A stretch of 63,781 nt of DNA, the filler included, from Intoshia linei (taxonomy: Eukaryota; Animalia; Orthonectida): assembly GCA_001642005.1 (NCBI GenBank). It is 7 parts of 7 records of this genome, joined end to end, with 100 filler letters (N's around TTAATTAATTAA, not from the genome) between each part and the next. Parts side by side here need not be neighbours in the genome. Positions count along the whole stretch, not along the records: positions 1 to 14,207 come from LWCA01000974.1; positions 14,308 to 20,920 come from LWCA01001654.1; positions 21,021 to 37,577 come from LWCA01000852.1; 4 more parts are not named here. One strand, written 5' to 3'. Within the stretch, counting starts at the first letter, position 1. Every line of letters starts with the position of its first letter. A program made the translations under genes and the position numbers. Shown in pieces: positions 12,742 to 25,334 of this stretch. The notes under the pieces were generated by a model that did not search any database, was not told the DNA's origin, and worked only from the letters and a program-made list of their open reading frames with translations.

Positions 12742-13489
12742 CTAAAATATCATAATTATATAAGTTTGTAACTATGATTAATTGGCAATTCAACCAAATA
12801 ACATTTTATAATACAAAAAAAATACTCGACTAAATGAACCTAATAGGTGATTGATTCAAATACAGTGACAAAGTAAATTTAGCGAAAATGTTGACTGATA
12901 AATGTAAAGATGGTTCAATAGGTGTTAACATAATGATAATGCCTTGCTATAAGGGAGTGAGAAAGATGCAATTTTTGATGACCCCTCAAATCAATTATCC
13001 TAATTATTAGGTGAAGTTTCAACGGTACATGAATAAGATGACTCAGAGACAGTAATCAATTGATATCTACTATTACCCACCATGAAATAGAACAATATGA
13101 CATTTTGAACACACCTAGCACACTTAAATTCAACACAAGAAAAATTATCAATAATAGTTATTTACATGCCTAATGTCGAATTTTCACTTTCCATACGAGT
13201 TTGTTGGAATGCACGAAACCGAAGGGTGAGTTCTTTTTATGCATCATCCAAAAATTACTCAGTTTCAACTTTATGGCAAGGTTATAGCTGTCTAAATAAA
13301 TTCTATTCAACGTACGGTAAAAAGTCTTGAGCCACCAATGAATGTTTTAGAATTTGATGAATAACTCTGATTTTAGAATATTAAAAAATATTGCCTAAAC
13401 AAAAACTATCTTATAATAATATTAATATGAATAATCCAACAAATTGGCAAAATTATCAATCTATAAATTCTTACATATATACAAATTCT

Positions 13490-13650
13490 TATTTTTTAAT
13501 CGAACATGCAGAGTTTATTTGTTGTCCGGACGCAAAACAACTAATGAATGCACTTAGCATAAGGTACATATTAAATTTATCTACTTTAATTAGATATTAC
13601 CCCAAAAAATGGTACCTGTTTATAGATGGATGCACTAGTAGTAATTATTT
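13490..13650 (+). mobile_element. DNA transposase remnant (possibly Chapaev3/CMC-like)
   Basis: CCPDAKQLMNAL...YPKKWYLFIDGC resembles the recalled 'WRLFIDSS' transposase motif. Degenerate. Confidence 0.3.
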
Positions 13651-13789
13651 TAAAAGTTATTTTAATACACATAATGACAAACACATAGTGAAAATATAGA
13701 AGCACTTGGAAATAACGAAATAATTTATGAAGAATCAGCAGAAGTTATATTCAATGAAATTGTGGACAATGATGAATATGATAGTTCTG

Positions 13790-14207
13790 ATGATTCAATT
13801 AAATATTTCACCGTCAGATATTGTTGAAATATCTAAAAAATTAGGGTATTCGGTTTACTGTACAGTTTCGATTGTTAATGAAGTTATGAAAAAAATTGGT
13901 TATAAAAAATTTGCTAGATAGTCAATTTAAAAACGAAGATGTAATTTAAATGAATGTCAGGAAAAAATAAAAAAAATAATTTCTAACTATGAAAATGATT
14001 TATGTCTCCATTTTGACACTAAATCATATAAACAGAAACATTATCTATCGATTTGTATAAGTGGAGATAATTTACAGATGTGTATTGCAATGAAAATCAT
14101 TGATAATGGAACATCAAGGACTATATTTGATGTTATATAATCTGTTGTTGTATTGTATTCTATTTCTCAAAAAATTACAATGGTTATATGTGATACCACA
14201 TCAACCA
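13790..14207 (+). mobile_element. hAT-like (hATm-type) transposase remnant, cut by linker
   Basis: LCLHFDTK...IDNGTSRTIFD...ITMVICDTTST, with stops. Same family as 49651-50208. Confidence 0.6.
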
Positions 14208-14307
14208 NNNNNNNNNNNNNNNNNNNNNNNNNNNNNNNNNNNNNNNNNNNNTTAATTAATTAANNNNNNNNNNNNNNNNNNNNNNNNNNNNNNNNNNNNN
14301 NNNNNNN
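14208..14307. other. Artificial N-linker with TTAATTAATTAA; the same linker occurs at 20921-21020, 37578-37677, 50359-50458, 60158-60257 and 62420-62519
   Basis: Six 100-nt N blocks, each with the same all-frame-stop 12-mer at its centre. Confidence 0.97.
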
Positions 14308-16097
14308 AGGGTACACATTTTTATGGTCATTTTTTCTAAAATTTTATTTTTATGGGTTTTACTCTCTCTTCAAGGTAGGGGGTGGATTTTTTTTGAATCG
14401 AAAATTTTGTATAAAATGAACAGCCCTAATAATAAATACACTGCGTTCCAAGTTATTATGCAAACATTAAAAACATTAATAATTTAAAAAGTAGTTAGAA
14501 AATTGCAGAAATATTTTTCTAAAATATCTTTTTTGTCAGTAAAAAATTTTTTTGTTAAAGGTTTTGATTTTTTAAATAAAAAAACCCACCTTGCACTTTT
14601 ATCATTTACCGGGGACTGTAGATGACGTAATGAATGTATACATCGCATAAAAATGCCAATATTTGCAAAAATCTTTTATTTTTTATATATATTTAACTTG
14701 CATTTCATTGTTTACACATTTATTTTAGTTTTTTATTGTATAAATTATTACAGTCTGTTAAATATTTTATGTATTAGATTATTATTTACATATTTATATA
14801 CACAAAAAGAATATTTTAAATTTTACATGCTTTGTTTTATTACATTATTACACTACATTGCATTACTTTATAAAATTATAAATGTATAATGTACGTTTTA
14901 ATATAATATCGTCTTATTTTAGTATTATTATACAAAAATATCATGTTAAAATGAAAATCTTTTCGGTAAATCAGTTCTTTTTTATTTACCATATGTATTA
15001 TATGTATATTAATATATTTTTCCATTTTTGAAGTAATTTTGAAGTAAATTGTAAGTAATTAGGTAATTAGGTAAACTAGGTAATTTATGTTGATTTGTCA
15101 AACTTGTATGAATATATCATAAATATTATATTATACTATGCAATATTGATAATGATAAAATCAATTTTTTTGTCAAAAACATACTTTTTCATGTTGAAAA
15201 CAGCGATACTTAAAAAATATGTTGTAATTTTGATGAAAATGAACTTTTAATTGTAGCTTTGAAAAATAATAACTGAAGCACCTTAAAAATGTCATTAATA
15301 GAAAGAACTGAAGATAACTAATTACTAATATTCTTTAAAAAGTTATTTAAATTGTTCTATCAAGAATCTAATATGTATTTAAATATGATATTTTTTATTA
15401 ATAACTTATTATTATGTGTTTATATATATTATTAACAATAAAAAATATAAAACGTATACCTTCTAAATTTGTAATGAAATGAAAAATTATCAATTAATTA
15501 CAATAATGTGGTATAATTATGTTAATACTTTAATAATACATGAAAGTTATATTTTTTTAAAAGATGAAATGAATATATATTACTTTTCTCTAAAAATATA
15601 AAATTATTCCATAAATCGAAACATAAATACGTATACCTAAAATGTAAATCAACTTTTATTTCAAACCAACACGGTTGCAAATTGCACCAGTCGATAGTAA
15701 AACAATTAAAAAGTAAATAAATAAATTACTTACTATAATTGAGTTGAATATTAGTATGTAATTACAATATAATTGACAAAAACTAAATTACAAAAAATTA
15801 TATTATTTACTTCCTAAAATTATTATTAATAAATTACTATTTTTTATGAAATTAATAGTGGGATAAAAGTGGGATTTTGAAAATAATTATGTAGCGGTAT
15901 TTTGGGGTTTAGAATTAAATCCCAACACCTGGAAACTCTGATAACATGACGTCGTGCATTTTAAAAAAATATTACGAATTATATCAAAAAATTGCGAATT
16001 TGAAGTTAAAACCTGTATATAATACTGTTCGACGGATAGTGTCTGTACAGTTTACAGAATTTTATTAAATATTTGCTAGGATGATTCAAAAAACGAT

Positions 16098-16890
16098 CAG
16101 GCTTGTAACATGTCAATCAATTTTATCACGATGATTATAATCACGTTTGTTTTTATCACGATTTTAATTAAACTGAAATTAAAAATAAAAAATTAATAGG
16201 AATAACAGAATTACATATATTAATTTTGTGATATTACATTTTAATAATAAATTAACTAATAGTAAATATCAAAATAGTTAACATTTAAAGATAAAGCATG
16301 TATACTATACATTGTATAGTCCTCATTATTTCTGTGTGATTCAACATTATTCTTTCTATATGAAATTTTTTAATTTCATAATTCAATCTTTTGTAAGGCT
16401 ATTCTCCAGCTATTTCCTTAATGTATATACCACGTTGGAACTCATGTGTTTTGTCACTCACTCCTTGAGTTTTCCAATGAGCTTCCAGACAATAGGATGA
16501 ATCAATTAAAATAAATCTTCAAATCAACAAAACCATAGACTCATAAAATATCATCCTCTAATTTATTTAATATTGCATCTTAAGTTTAGTAATTAATCCC
16601 CAGCTTAAATTCTTGGCTTGAGCAATTCATTAATTTTATTAAAACATATAAATTAATGGAAGTAGTCTAGTATAGCTAAAATACTGAAAATATCAATTAA
16701 TAAATGTACATTTAAATCATTACATGAGTTGATGAAAGATTTATTGCGATATTATTAATTTTAATGAAAATCGTGATAAAAACGAACAGTGATAAAAACT
16801 ATCGTGATAAACAAGAAGTTTATTAAATTAATTGTGATAAAAACTAACATGATTATAATAATCGTGTTTAAAAATATGTGCACCGGCTTG
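16098..16890 (-). mobile_element. Degraded MULE-like element with inverted subterminal ATCACGAT repeats
   Basis: TTTTATCACGAT repeats at 16120-16165 are mirrored by ATCGTGATAAAA repeats at 16770-16868. Internal minus-strand peptide SHPIVWKLIGKLKE resembles a MULE C-terminal motif. Confidence 0.45.
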
Positions 16891-19424
16891 TAGTATTCAG
16901 GTCACTGCTTTTCTAATCATTCTATAAAATATTATTACCAACTTTGTTTATAAAAAAAAAATTAGAATAATTAAATTTAAAATTAATGATATAATTTAAA
17001 TATATTACTGCCTTAGATCATTATTAATTTTATTTTAATTTTTATTTGAAAAAATCCACTAAAATTAAATTTGAATTTACAATCTAGATTTATAAAATTT
17101 TAAATTTTAAATAAAAATAGACTTATATAGACTTATACTGTAGTTCCCAATGTGGTGTCGACAATTCCCCAATTTTAAAATTTAAAAATTAACGTATGCA
17201 ACCACATTTCAAAAATAATAATTTATCATCAAAATAAATTTCTTGTACATAATCTAAGCAACTCCTTAATAAGTGAATATTGTACAATTTACAATTTATA
17301 TGGCGGTCAAACTAAAAAAACTGACAATTTGTGTGGACCACATTAAAAATACTGAGAACTACTGCATTATCATATTGTAGTTATTTACTAACTAACAAAT
17401 TATAACAATAATAAAAATAAATAATGGGATCCTTCATACATTTTTACAATTAATTAATTTTTACAGACTAATTGATTGATACTTAAATTATGTTATTTCG
17501 GTTATTAAATTAAATTTTCTTCATTTTAATGATTTTATTTTAATTTTTACCATCTACGTGTTTTTATTTATCCTATTTTGTAAAAATTGATCCACCAGCA
17601 TATAAATGATATAGTAATAGTACAAATATAAATGTATAGTTCTATACATCATAACAAAACAATAATTAGACTGTGCCAAAAAATTAATGAAATTATAGTT
17701 TAATAACCGTATATAATTATATATATAATTAAATAATCACTTCTAACAAACGTGAAGAAAAAAGTCTATTTTAATTTAATCCTAACATAAGAATGAATTT
17801 ATTGGCGAATAAAAATGTATTCACGATGTCTATGTTGAGAGTTGTGATATATATTCACTGTGTATTTTTTTTGATTAATTAATCATTTATGTTTATCCAA
17901 GATTTACAGGCTATTTTATATTGATTCAATTAAAAAACGTAAATTCATATTTTGTTTATATATTAATACCTCCTTTAAGTTATTAATGTTATTAATTATT
18001 AGGTTGAGGATTACAATATTTAAAATTTACCGGCTAGAACGCAAGGAATATACATGTATGTGATAAACGTGTAATTTTTAATATTTTAATTACTTGCTAT
18101 ATATTTTATAAATTTATGAAAATTACTGTATTCACAACCATGTAATATCTGATATTATAAAGTAAAATATCATGAATATTATTATTTTTATGTTATGAAC
18201 CATAATTATAATTTACCTCCTATATTAATAAAATTTTTATGATTTAGATTTTATATTCACTAACATTAATAAGAAAATTGAATAAATATACCTAATAATT
18301 AAAAAAATCCTTACCAACTAATACATTTTTTTATAATATTGAATATTTTTATAGTATGGCTGCCATACTATGACACCAATAATAATTCACATTTTAAAAA
18401 TATAATAATATCATTTTTAACAACTTCTTCACCCCATGTAGCTTACTAAGTTTTTTATAAATTTAAATTTAAAAAATGTCATTAATAATATTAAATAGGG
18501 TCACATAGAGGACTAAGGCAATATGAAGAACTCAATCTCCACGGTCGACTATTATAAATTAATGTCATTTTTTAAATTTTTTTCATAGGACGGCTTACAC
18601 TTTTTTTGCTCCAGGTAGTAACCCCGAAAAATAATTTTAACCATTGGATTATGGAATCGGTGGATGATAAAAATTATTTTTATGTAATGCATCTAACGGC
18701 CTTGGTATTAACACAAGTGATTAAAATTAGTGGTAATTTTCAAACATTTACTGGCTAAAATAAATAATTATGTTTAAATGTAATAAAAGTTATTAAGAAG
18801 TAATAATGATCAATTTTGCATAAAATTTAAAAATAATATACACTGTTCCATGCCAAGACATTGACCATGCTGCATAGTACATGCATAATGAGCATTTCTA
18901 ATTTATAGTGGATACATGGAGTCTGATTGAATCAATTATCATGAGATTGATTCATTTATTTAAATAATTTCAAATTTATTTCATTTGGAAGAAAAAATAA
19001 AAAACCGTTAGATTTATATAATAATAAAATATATAATGCAAATAATGCGTCTTAATGTATCAACAGTCATGCTATCAATTTTAAACAATTGAAAACATGA
19101 AAAGCGAACAAAATGGTGACACAAACTGTAAATTCAAGCTTATTAGAATGTCTTTCTAATGTTTATCATTGGTTAAAAGTAAAAATTTGCTTTCATTTCG
19201 CTAAATAACGTATTCAATCAACCATGTAACATTAAATACATTCTAGCTCTCGGAATAACATTTGTTCATTATTTAAATTGAAATATATAAAATTATTGTT
19301 CAATCAAATCACAGTTCATAAATTGTCACTTTTGTAGAAAGAAATAATGAATCATTTTTATTTCTTGAAATATTTACTTGCGTGTGCATCAAAATTTGAT
19401 TACTTTTAAAAATTTAAAATAATA

Positions 19425-19673
19425 ATGTGTTTATCGATGAATCAATATAGTTTTATAAACAGACAAAGGATGCTTGAAGAGATTGAACCAATTGAATTAA
19501 ATTGGGACGATATCCAAGTTAATAACGAAGAAATTCGAATGACCCGGTTTCAAGCTCTAATTAGACAACCATCAGTAACTCCGGAAATTGTAATGTCACA
19601 ATTAAATGTGCAGATTGAAGAATATATTGCAATGGAACGTGCTGCAGGGTTAGATTCAATCATGAATTTCTGA
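19425..19673 (+). CDS. Small intronless hypothetical acidic protein (82 aa)
   Basis: Protein-like composition, TATATAAA at about 19284 and AATAAA at about 19692. Confidence 0.5.
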   Translation: MCLSMNQYSFINRQRMLEEIEPIELNWDDIQVNNEEIRMTRFQALIRQPSVTPEIVMSQLNVQIEEYIAMERAAGLDSIMNF

Positions 19674-21020
19674 AATTGAAATTTGAAATTGAATAAACTC
19701 AACAAAAATAATTTAACGTAATTAATTCATTATTTGAATATAAAAAATTGACTGATGTAATATAATACTAAAAATAAATTTAGAAGTCAACATAAACATG
19801 AATAATGGAAAAGATACAAGAATAGACGACTTTTTGTTTGTTCGCCCATTAATTGTTCATTATCAATAAAATATTATTATTTGATTTTTAAATTGTTCTA
19901 ATAATGTAATACAAATTATATTTATTTATTCACATTTAATGGTGAAATGTTATTTTTTGTTTAAATTTGGTAAATCTCAATTTTTTTTGAACTATTGCCT
20001 TAAATTTAAAAAATATAATTTTGCAATATTATCTCACTCTTCTAAACATGTTTATTACGGACTCTTTAGAGATTAAAATTAGGCCAATAATTTTTAATCT
20101 AATTTTGGGCATTATAAAAATTTATGATATAGTAAAGGTCCTGTTTAACAAATTTTTTTGCTTGTTAGGGTTGACTTTTAATTTTTTTTAATAATAATAT
20201 TTTTAAGTGACAAAAAAATAATTGCAGAAATAACTTTGCGCTTCGAAATTTCTTTTCAAAATAAATTTTAAGTTTTCGTTTTTCTTAAGATTTAATTATT
20301 AGACATTTTAATCAATTGGATTTAATACAATTTAAATTAGTTTGATTTCATGAATGTAATACGTATGTAATGTACATGTAGACATGTGAGGAAATTATAA
20401 TATTAATTAGAAATTGATATTGTCCAAATTGAAAATCTCTGATTTAAATCGAAGTGTCTCGTCCTATTTCAATATTCTTAAAATAAAATGTCATATACTT
20501 GAAATTATATGTACTTTATACATTATATATGAAAAATTAATTAATAATCCTGTTTAAAGTAACAAATTAATAAAATTTTACTTACTATTAAGTTAAGATA
20601 TATAATATATCTATACATAAATATAAGGTAAGAGTAACATAAAGTAAAACCAAAATTGAAACGATTATACACACTGTGCTAAAATATTATGCAAATCACT
20701 AAAAGTGGTGTAATTCAGTCTACAAATGATTAAAACTTATATTTTTTTTTGTCATTAATTGACATTTAATTGACTCAATATGTATTAAAAAGATAAATAT
20801 TTATTTAATTCAAATAAAAAATTTTTATTTACATATTATCGTTTTTTTATATTGTTGAAGTGTACCAAAATATTATGCAAATTTTAAATGGGAAAGAAAA
20901 ACGACTTAAATATAGAAGAANNNNNNNNNNNNNNNNNNNNNNNNNNNNNNNNNNNNNNNNNNNNTTAATTAATTAANNNNNNNNNNNNNNNNNNNNNNNN
21001 NNNNNNNNNNNNNNNNNNNN

Positions 21021-21380
21021 TATTAAAATATGCTATTACAATTTGTATTATTTATTTATCTCTATCCTTGTGAAAACCTAATTAAACTAACAACAAAGTT
21101 AGAATGTCCAAAATTATCAATAAAAGAAGGTGTACATGCAATAAAAAAGCTAAATTTTGGAGAAGATACCACTAACATTAAGCAATATATTGAAAAAACT
21201 CTAAATAAGAATTAAATTTTGAATATATTAAATTTTAAACGATCTAATATAAATCCATACACCTACCATTTATTACAAAGATGCCAATGTACATCGGCTG
21301 TAGTGGAACGTAGCTTCTCAAAATTAAAAAAGCTGTTACGCCCAGATAGACCATTTTCTCCAATAAATATAAAAAAGTAT
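21021..21380 (+). mobile_element. hAT-like transposase C-terminal remnant
   Basis: After an in-frame stop the frame reads CQCTSAVVERSFSKLKKLLRPDR, an hAT dimerisation-region-like ERxFS motif. Confidence 0.6.
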
Positions 21381-21453
21381 TAAATTTTGTATTATATAAT
21401 AGAATCAACTTAAATAAACTTTTGTTATTGTTTATCCTTTGAATATACACACT

Positions 21454-22052
21454 ACTGTCTTTATATTATAAGCTCGATTATAAGCAGAGCCCTGAAATAC
21501 AAATTTTCAGTGAAATTTTTAACTAAATAAAATTTGAATATAAGCAGTTTCTGCTTGTATTCGTTATTTATAAAAAATAGACAACATATCAATTTATTCT
21601 TAAAAAATATCTTCCTTCAAACAATAGAATGTCTAATTTAGAAGTTTTTCTTTCACCACATACAATATGTTTTTATGCAATTGGTTGAAAGTAATCTGAA
21701 TTTCAAATTTTTTAGAAGCAACAAAAAATTCATTAAAATAAGGTGATTCGGACGTGTTTTTAATATTTTCAATGTACTCATAATTAATGATATCAAGCGG
21801 GACCAAATATTCTTTAAGTCCTTCACAGACTTCACCTTTTAATTTATAAGTTTTATCTCAAACAAATAAATTTTGAGAATACTTCAAGATGTAATTTAAT
21901 ACAAATCTAATGAGTTCTTAAAATATAAAAGCAAACTTTTAGTGTATTTTTTATATTTTTTAAGGTCTGCTTAAAAGTTTACTTGTTTTTGATAAGCATT
22001 TTTGCTTCTACTCTCAAATATAAGAAGACTTCTTATAATAGAGAAAAGACAG
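21454..22052. mobile_element. pogo/Tc2-like non-autonomous element
   Basis: Imperfect TIRs: CTGTCTTTATATTATAAG ... CTTATAATAGAGAAAAGACAG. Confidence 0.5.
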
Positions 22053-22705
22053 AAGTTATACTTTACTATTTTGTAATTTAGTTTAATGTAAATTGTAAAT
22101 GTAAATAAAATTTAGTAAAATGTAATTTGTAAAAATAAATGTCAAAAAAAAACTTGCCCTAGTAATTACTTATTTTTACATGTATTATATTACTATATAC
22201 AGGGTATTCATTTAACAGCGCGCACATGAAAATAATTGATAAACTTTAATAATAATTAATAAGAATATATAAAAATGTGATTTAAAATGAACATCCTGTA
22301 CAAATATATTTAAAAAATTCAGCAAAAGTGCTAAAAAGTTGTGTTAGGTGTTAACAATTTTAGATTCTAAAATTGAAATTTTCGTTTATAATTTTTAGCT
22401 GTTTAGTAAAATTTAGTTAGTGTCCTTATGGCGTGAGATAATTATACCATCCAGTTCAAAACAGTTCACCACCCTTGATATCTAATGATTCCAATGTTAA
22501 ATTTTAAATAAATTAAAAATAATCATAATCCACTCTTAATTTATAATTTAAATCATTAAAAGTTATAACTGTCTGACTTTTCAGTTCTACCCAGTGATAT
22601 TTAAAAAACTCTTATCTGTAAATAGACAGAGAGAATAGAACGTAAGTAACAACAAATGTTCTGAATAAATCAATTTGTCGCTGGAAGCAGCCAAATATAT
22701 ATTAC

Positions 22706-23280
22706 ATGGAAAATTGAAATTTGGTAGAAAGCTGACTGAAGCCGTTATTTGTCGTATGATTGCTCTAATATCTTGTTGCATTAAATTCATGTCTACTGTA
22801 ATATTCTCACTAAAACAATTAATAATTAATTAATAAAAATTTTTAACAACACATATACTTTAAATATACGTTTCAGTCATTTTATTTTCACATTTAATGT
22901 CAAATTGCCACCTTTCTACAACTTGGCTATTATTAAGGTTTTTAATTGCAACAACAAATTTTTTAATGATAAATTCATTCAGCCAATCTAAAATTTCAAT
23001 AAAATATATTTAAATAAACTACTATTAATTTGCCCTAAAATATCTTCAAAATATTTATTGAGTTTATCATCAGCAGTAACCAACAATTTGAGATCATACT
23101 TGTTGACAATTTTGAAAGATTCCGGAGGATAAATCTCTCGTTGATAAAGAATACTGTTAATACCATAATCTAATAAAAAAATGAAAATCAACCATTAAAG
23201 CTAATACAAAAAAAATCTGAAACAATTTGCGTGGAACCTTTAATAGAAATTGCAGTTTGAAGAGATTGTGCCTGTGACAT
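22706..23280 (-). CDS. MAD2L1: Mitotic spindle checkpoint protein MAD2 (HORMA), first four exons; C-terminal exon(s) not seen
   Basis: MSQAQSLQTAISIKGSTQIVSDFF|YGINSILYQREIYPPESF...|...VVERWQFDI|...QQDIRAIIRQITASVSFLP. Confidence 0.92.
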
Positions 23281-23456
23281 TTTTTTAATTTTGCGCTATA
23301 TAAAAACCAAAGTAACTAAATCAAATTAAATATAAAGTTGTCAAAGTAAAATATTCGCTGCTATAAATAAATTATAAATAAATGAAATTCAACAATGTTG
23401 CCTAGAATTAAATAAATACTGGCAATATCATTTTAGTATAATTTATATATTTTGAA
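23281..23456. promoter_or_regulatory. Putative bidirectional promoter between MAD2 and the SRSF1-like gene
   Basis: 176 bp between divergent ATGs, containing TATA-like elements. Confidence 0.5.
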
Positions 23457-24601
23457 ATGAAAACTAAATTATTCATCGGAAACTTACCTCCAGATACAAA
23501 TAAACGCGATATAGATGATATATTTTCAAAATTTGGTAAAATTGAATACACAGAAGTAAAAGTTAAGGATGGACAAGTATTTAAACTTTTAATTATTTTT
23601 TAATTTTTTTTCAGTGTTTTGGATTTGTCGAATTTCGAGATGAAAAGTAAGTTTATTCATTAAAATTATTGTCATTTTTTGTCAGTATGTCTATGCTGGA
23701 CGAGGAGGATTTAGGACACTTTAGGATCTGAAGCTTTTCTTGAGGTGTGGATTTGGATTAGGATTAGGATTATTTGTATGGGAGGGATTCGGATTTAATT
23801 TATTGGATTCAATTACAAATTTTCCATTATTTTCATCGAAATGTGATTTTATGTTTAGAGACACATCAGAAGCCTTGAATCAGAGAGATGGATACCGTTT
23901 TGATGGTTTCAAAATTAGAGTAGAATATAGTCACGATAGTAAAGGACGTTCTAGAGACGACAGATACAATGATAGAAGCTATAATCATAGTCATAGTAAC
24001 AACTACCATAATAATTACAACAACAATAATCGGAACGCTGCACCATCACGTTTTAGATATCAAAAACCGGAAAGGTCTCCATATAGAATTTACATTGAAG
24101 GTATATTACCGTTTTAACTGATTTTATTATTTTTAAGGTCTACCGGAAAGTGGAAGTTGGCAAGATATTAAAGATCATATGCGAGAAGCAGGTCATGTTT
24201 GTTTTACCGAATCTTACAAAAATGGTGAAGGGATCGTAGAATTCGCTTACAAAAGTGACATGTCATATGCCTTGCGGAAATTAGACAATTCAAAATTCAG
24301 AAGTCATCTGGTAATTTTAATTTGTGAATTTCTTTTATTTTTATTTTTATTGTTTTTTTAGGGTGAATCAGCTAGAGTACGCTTATACTCACGAGATAAA
24401 AATTCTCGACGAAATGCTCGATACAGTAATAGTAGATCTGACAGTAGGAGTAGAAGTCGTAGCAGAAGTGTAAGAAAACGCAGAAAGTTTCGTTCTAGAT
24501 CTGTCTCCAGTAAAAGCGCTAGACGCAATCGATCTTATAGTGATAAATCTTCCAGATCAAATAGCAGATCAAGGTCTAATTCAAGTAGAACATCTTATTA
24601 G
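23457..24601 (+). CDS. SR splicing factor SRSF1/SRSF9-like (RRM + pseudo-RRM + RS domain)
   Basis: LFIGNLPPD...FGFVEF...[15 protein letters not shown], then [15 protein letters not shown] (SWQDLKD motif), LDNSKFRSH and an RS-rich tail. Stop at 24599-24601. Confidence 0.92.
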
Positions 24602-24768
24602 TTATGTATCTACCAATGTAACAAATAAATACACATTTTGATTATATACGTTCATGCCTTTTTAATGTGCGTGAAGAAATTTACACAATCTTTGAGTAAA
24701 AGTTAAAACCGGTGGCACTGAGTCACCCATTAAAAATCTACCATCGAATGTACAATACAACAAAATAT

Positions 24769-25316
24769 TTAATATTGACCATTATAAACATAATATCCAT
24801 CTTCCATACGATCTTTTATTTTAATTGGTACACTCACAGTTTCATCAATTTTTTCATCGTCTTGCCTCAAATACATTTGACTAAAAAAAATAAATTAAAT
24901 ATTTGAAAAAAACAAACTGTTGAACCATAGTTAACAATGGCTTTGAATCAATTTTAATAGACTTAATTTTATGAACTACATCTATTGCATGGTTCAATGT
25001 CGTCAAATAAGATTCTTGTGGTAGTAATGCAGACATTTTACACAATTTTGGTAAAATTTCAACAATTTCATGTCTATATTGTACATTTTTTAATGTCAAA
25101 TTTAACTTTGAAATGATACAATAATTTGTATCAAAATCGAATGGATCCTAGATTCGTAATTAAATGATGATTTAAAAAATAAAATACCACTTTATCCACA
25201 TTTTCATTACATAAGGTTTTTTCTAATTTTACATGGCTTAATCGTTTTAATACTTTTTCGTTGTATTTAGCAAATTTTAATAAACTTGACTTGAAATTAA
25301 TTAAGTTTATTTTCAT
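24769..25316 (-). CDS. GATC: Glutamyl-tRNA(Gln) amidotransferase subunit C-like, mitochondrial (3 exons)
   Basis: Basic N-terminus followed by EILPKLCKMSALL...LNHAIDVVHKIKSIKIDSKPLLTMV..QMYLRQD...MEDGYYV, matching the GatC pattern as recalled. Divergent. Confidence 0.6.
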
Positions 25317-25334
25317 AAAATATACTTTGATTAA

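Noticed and set aside
14252-14263. Recurrent TTAATTAATTAA palindrome as a biological repeat
   Set aside because: It is always centred in a 100-nt N block and is an artificial all-frame-stop spacer.
17790-18760. Several GT/AG-bounded blocks and a thrice-recurring ATTTACNGGCTA motif suggesting a multi-exon gene
   Set aside because: I could not assemble a stop-free spliced frame. It may be a pseudogene or chance.
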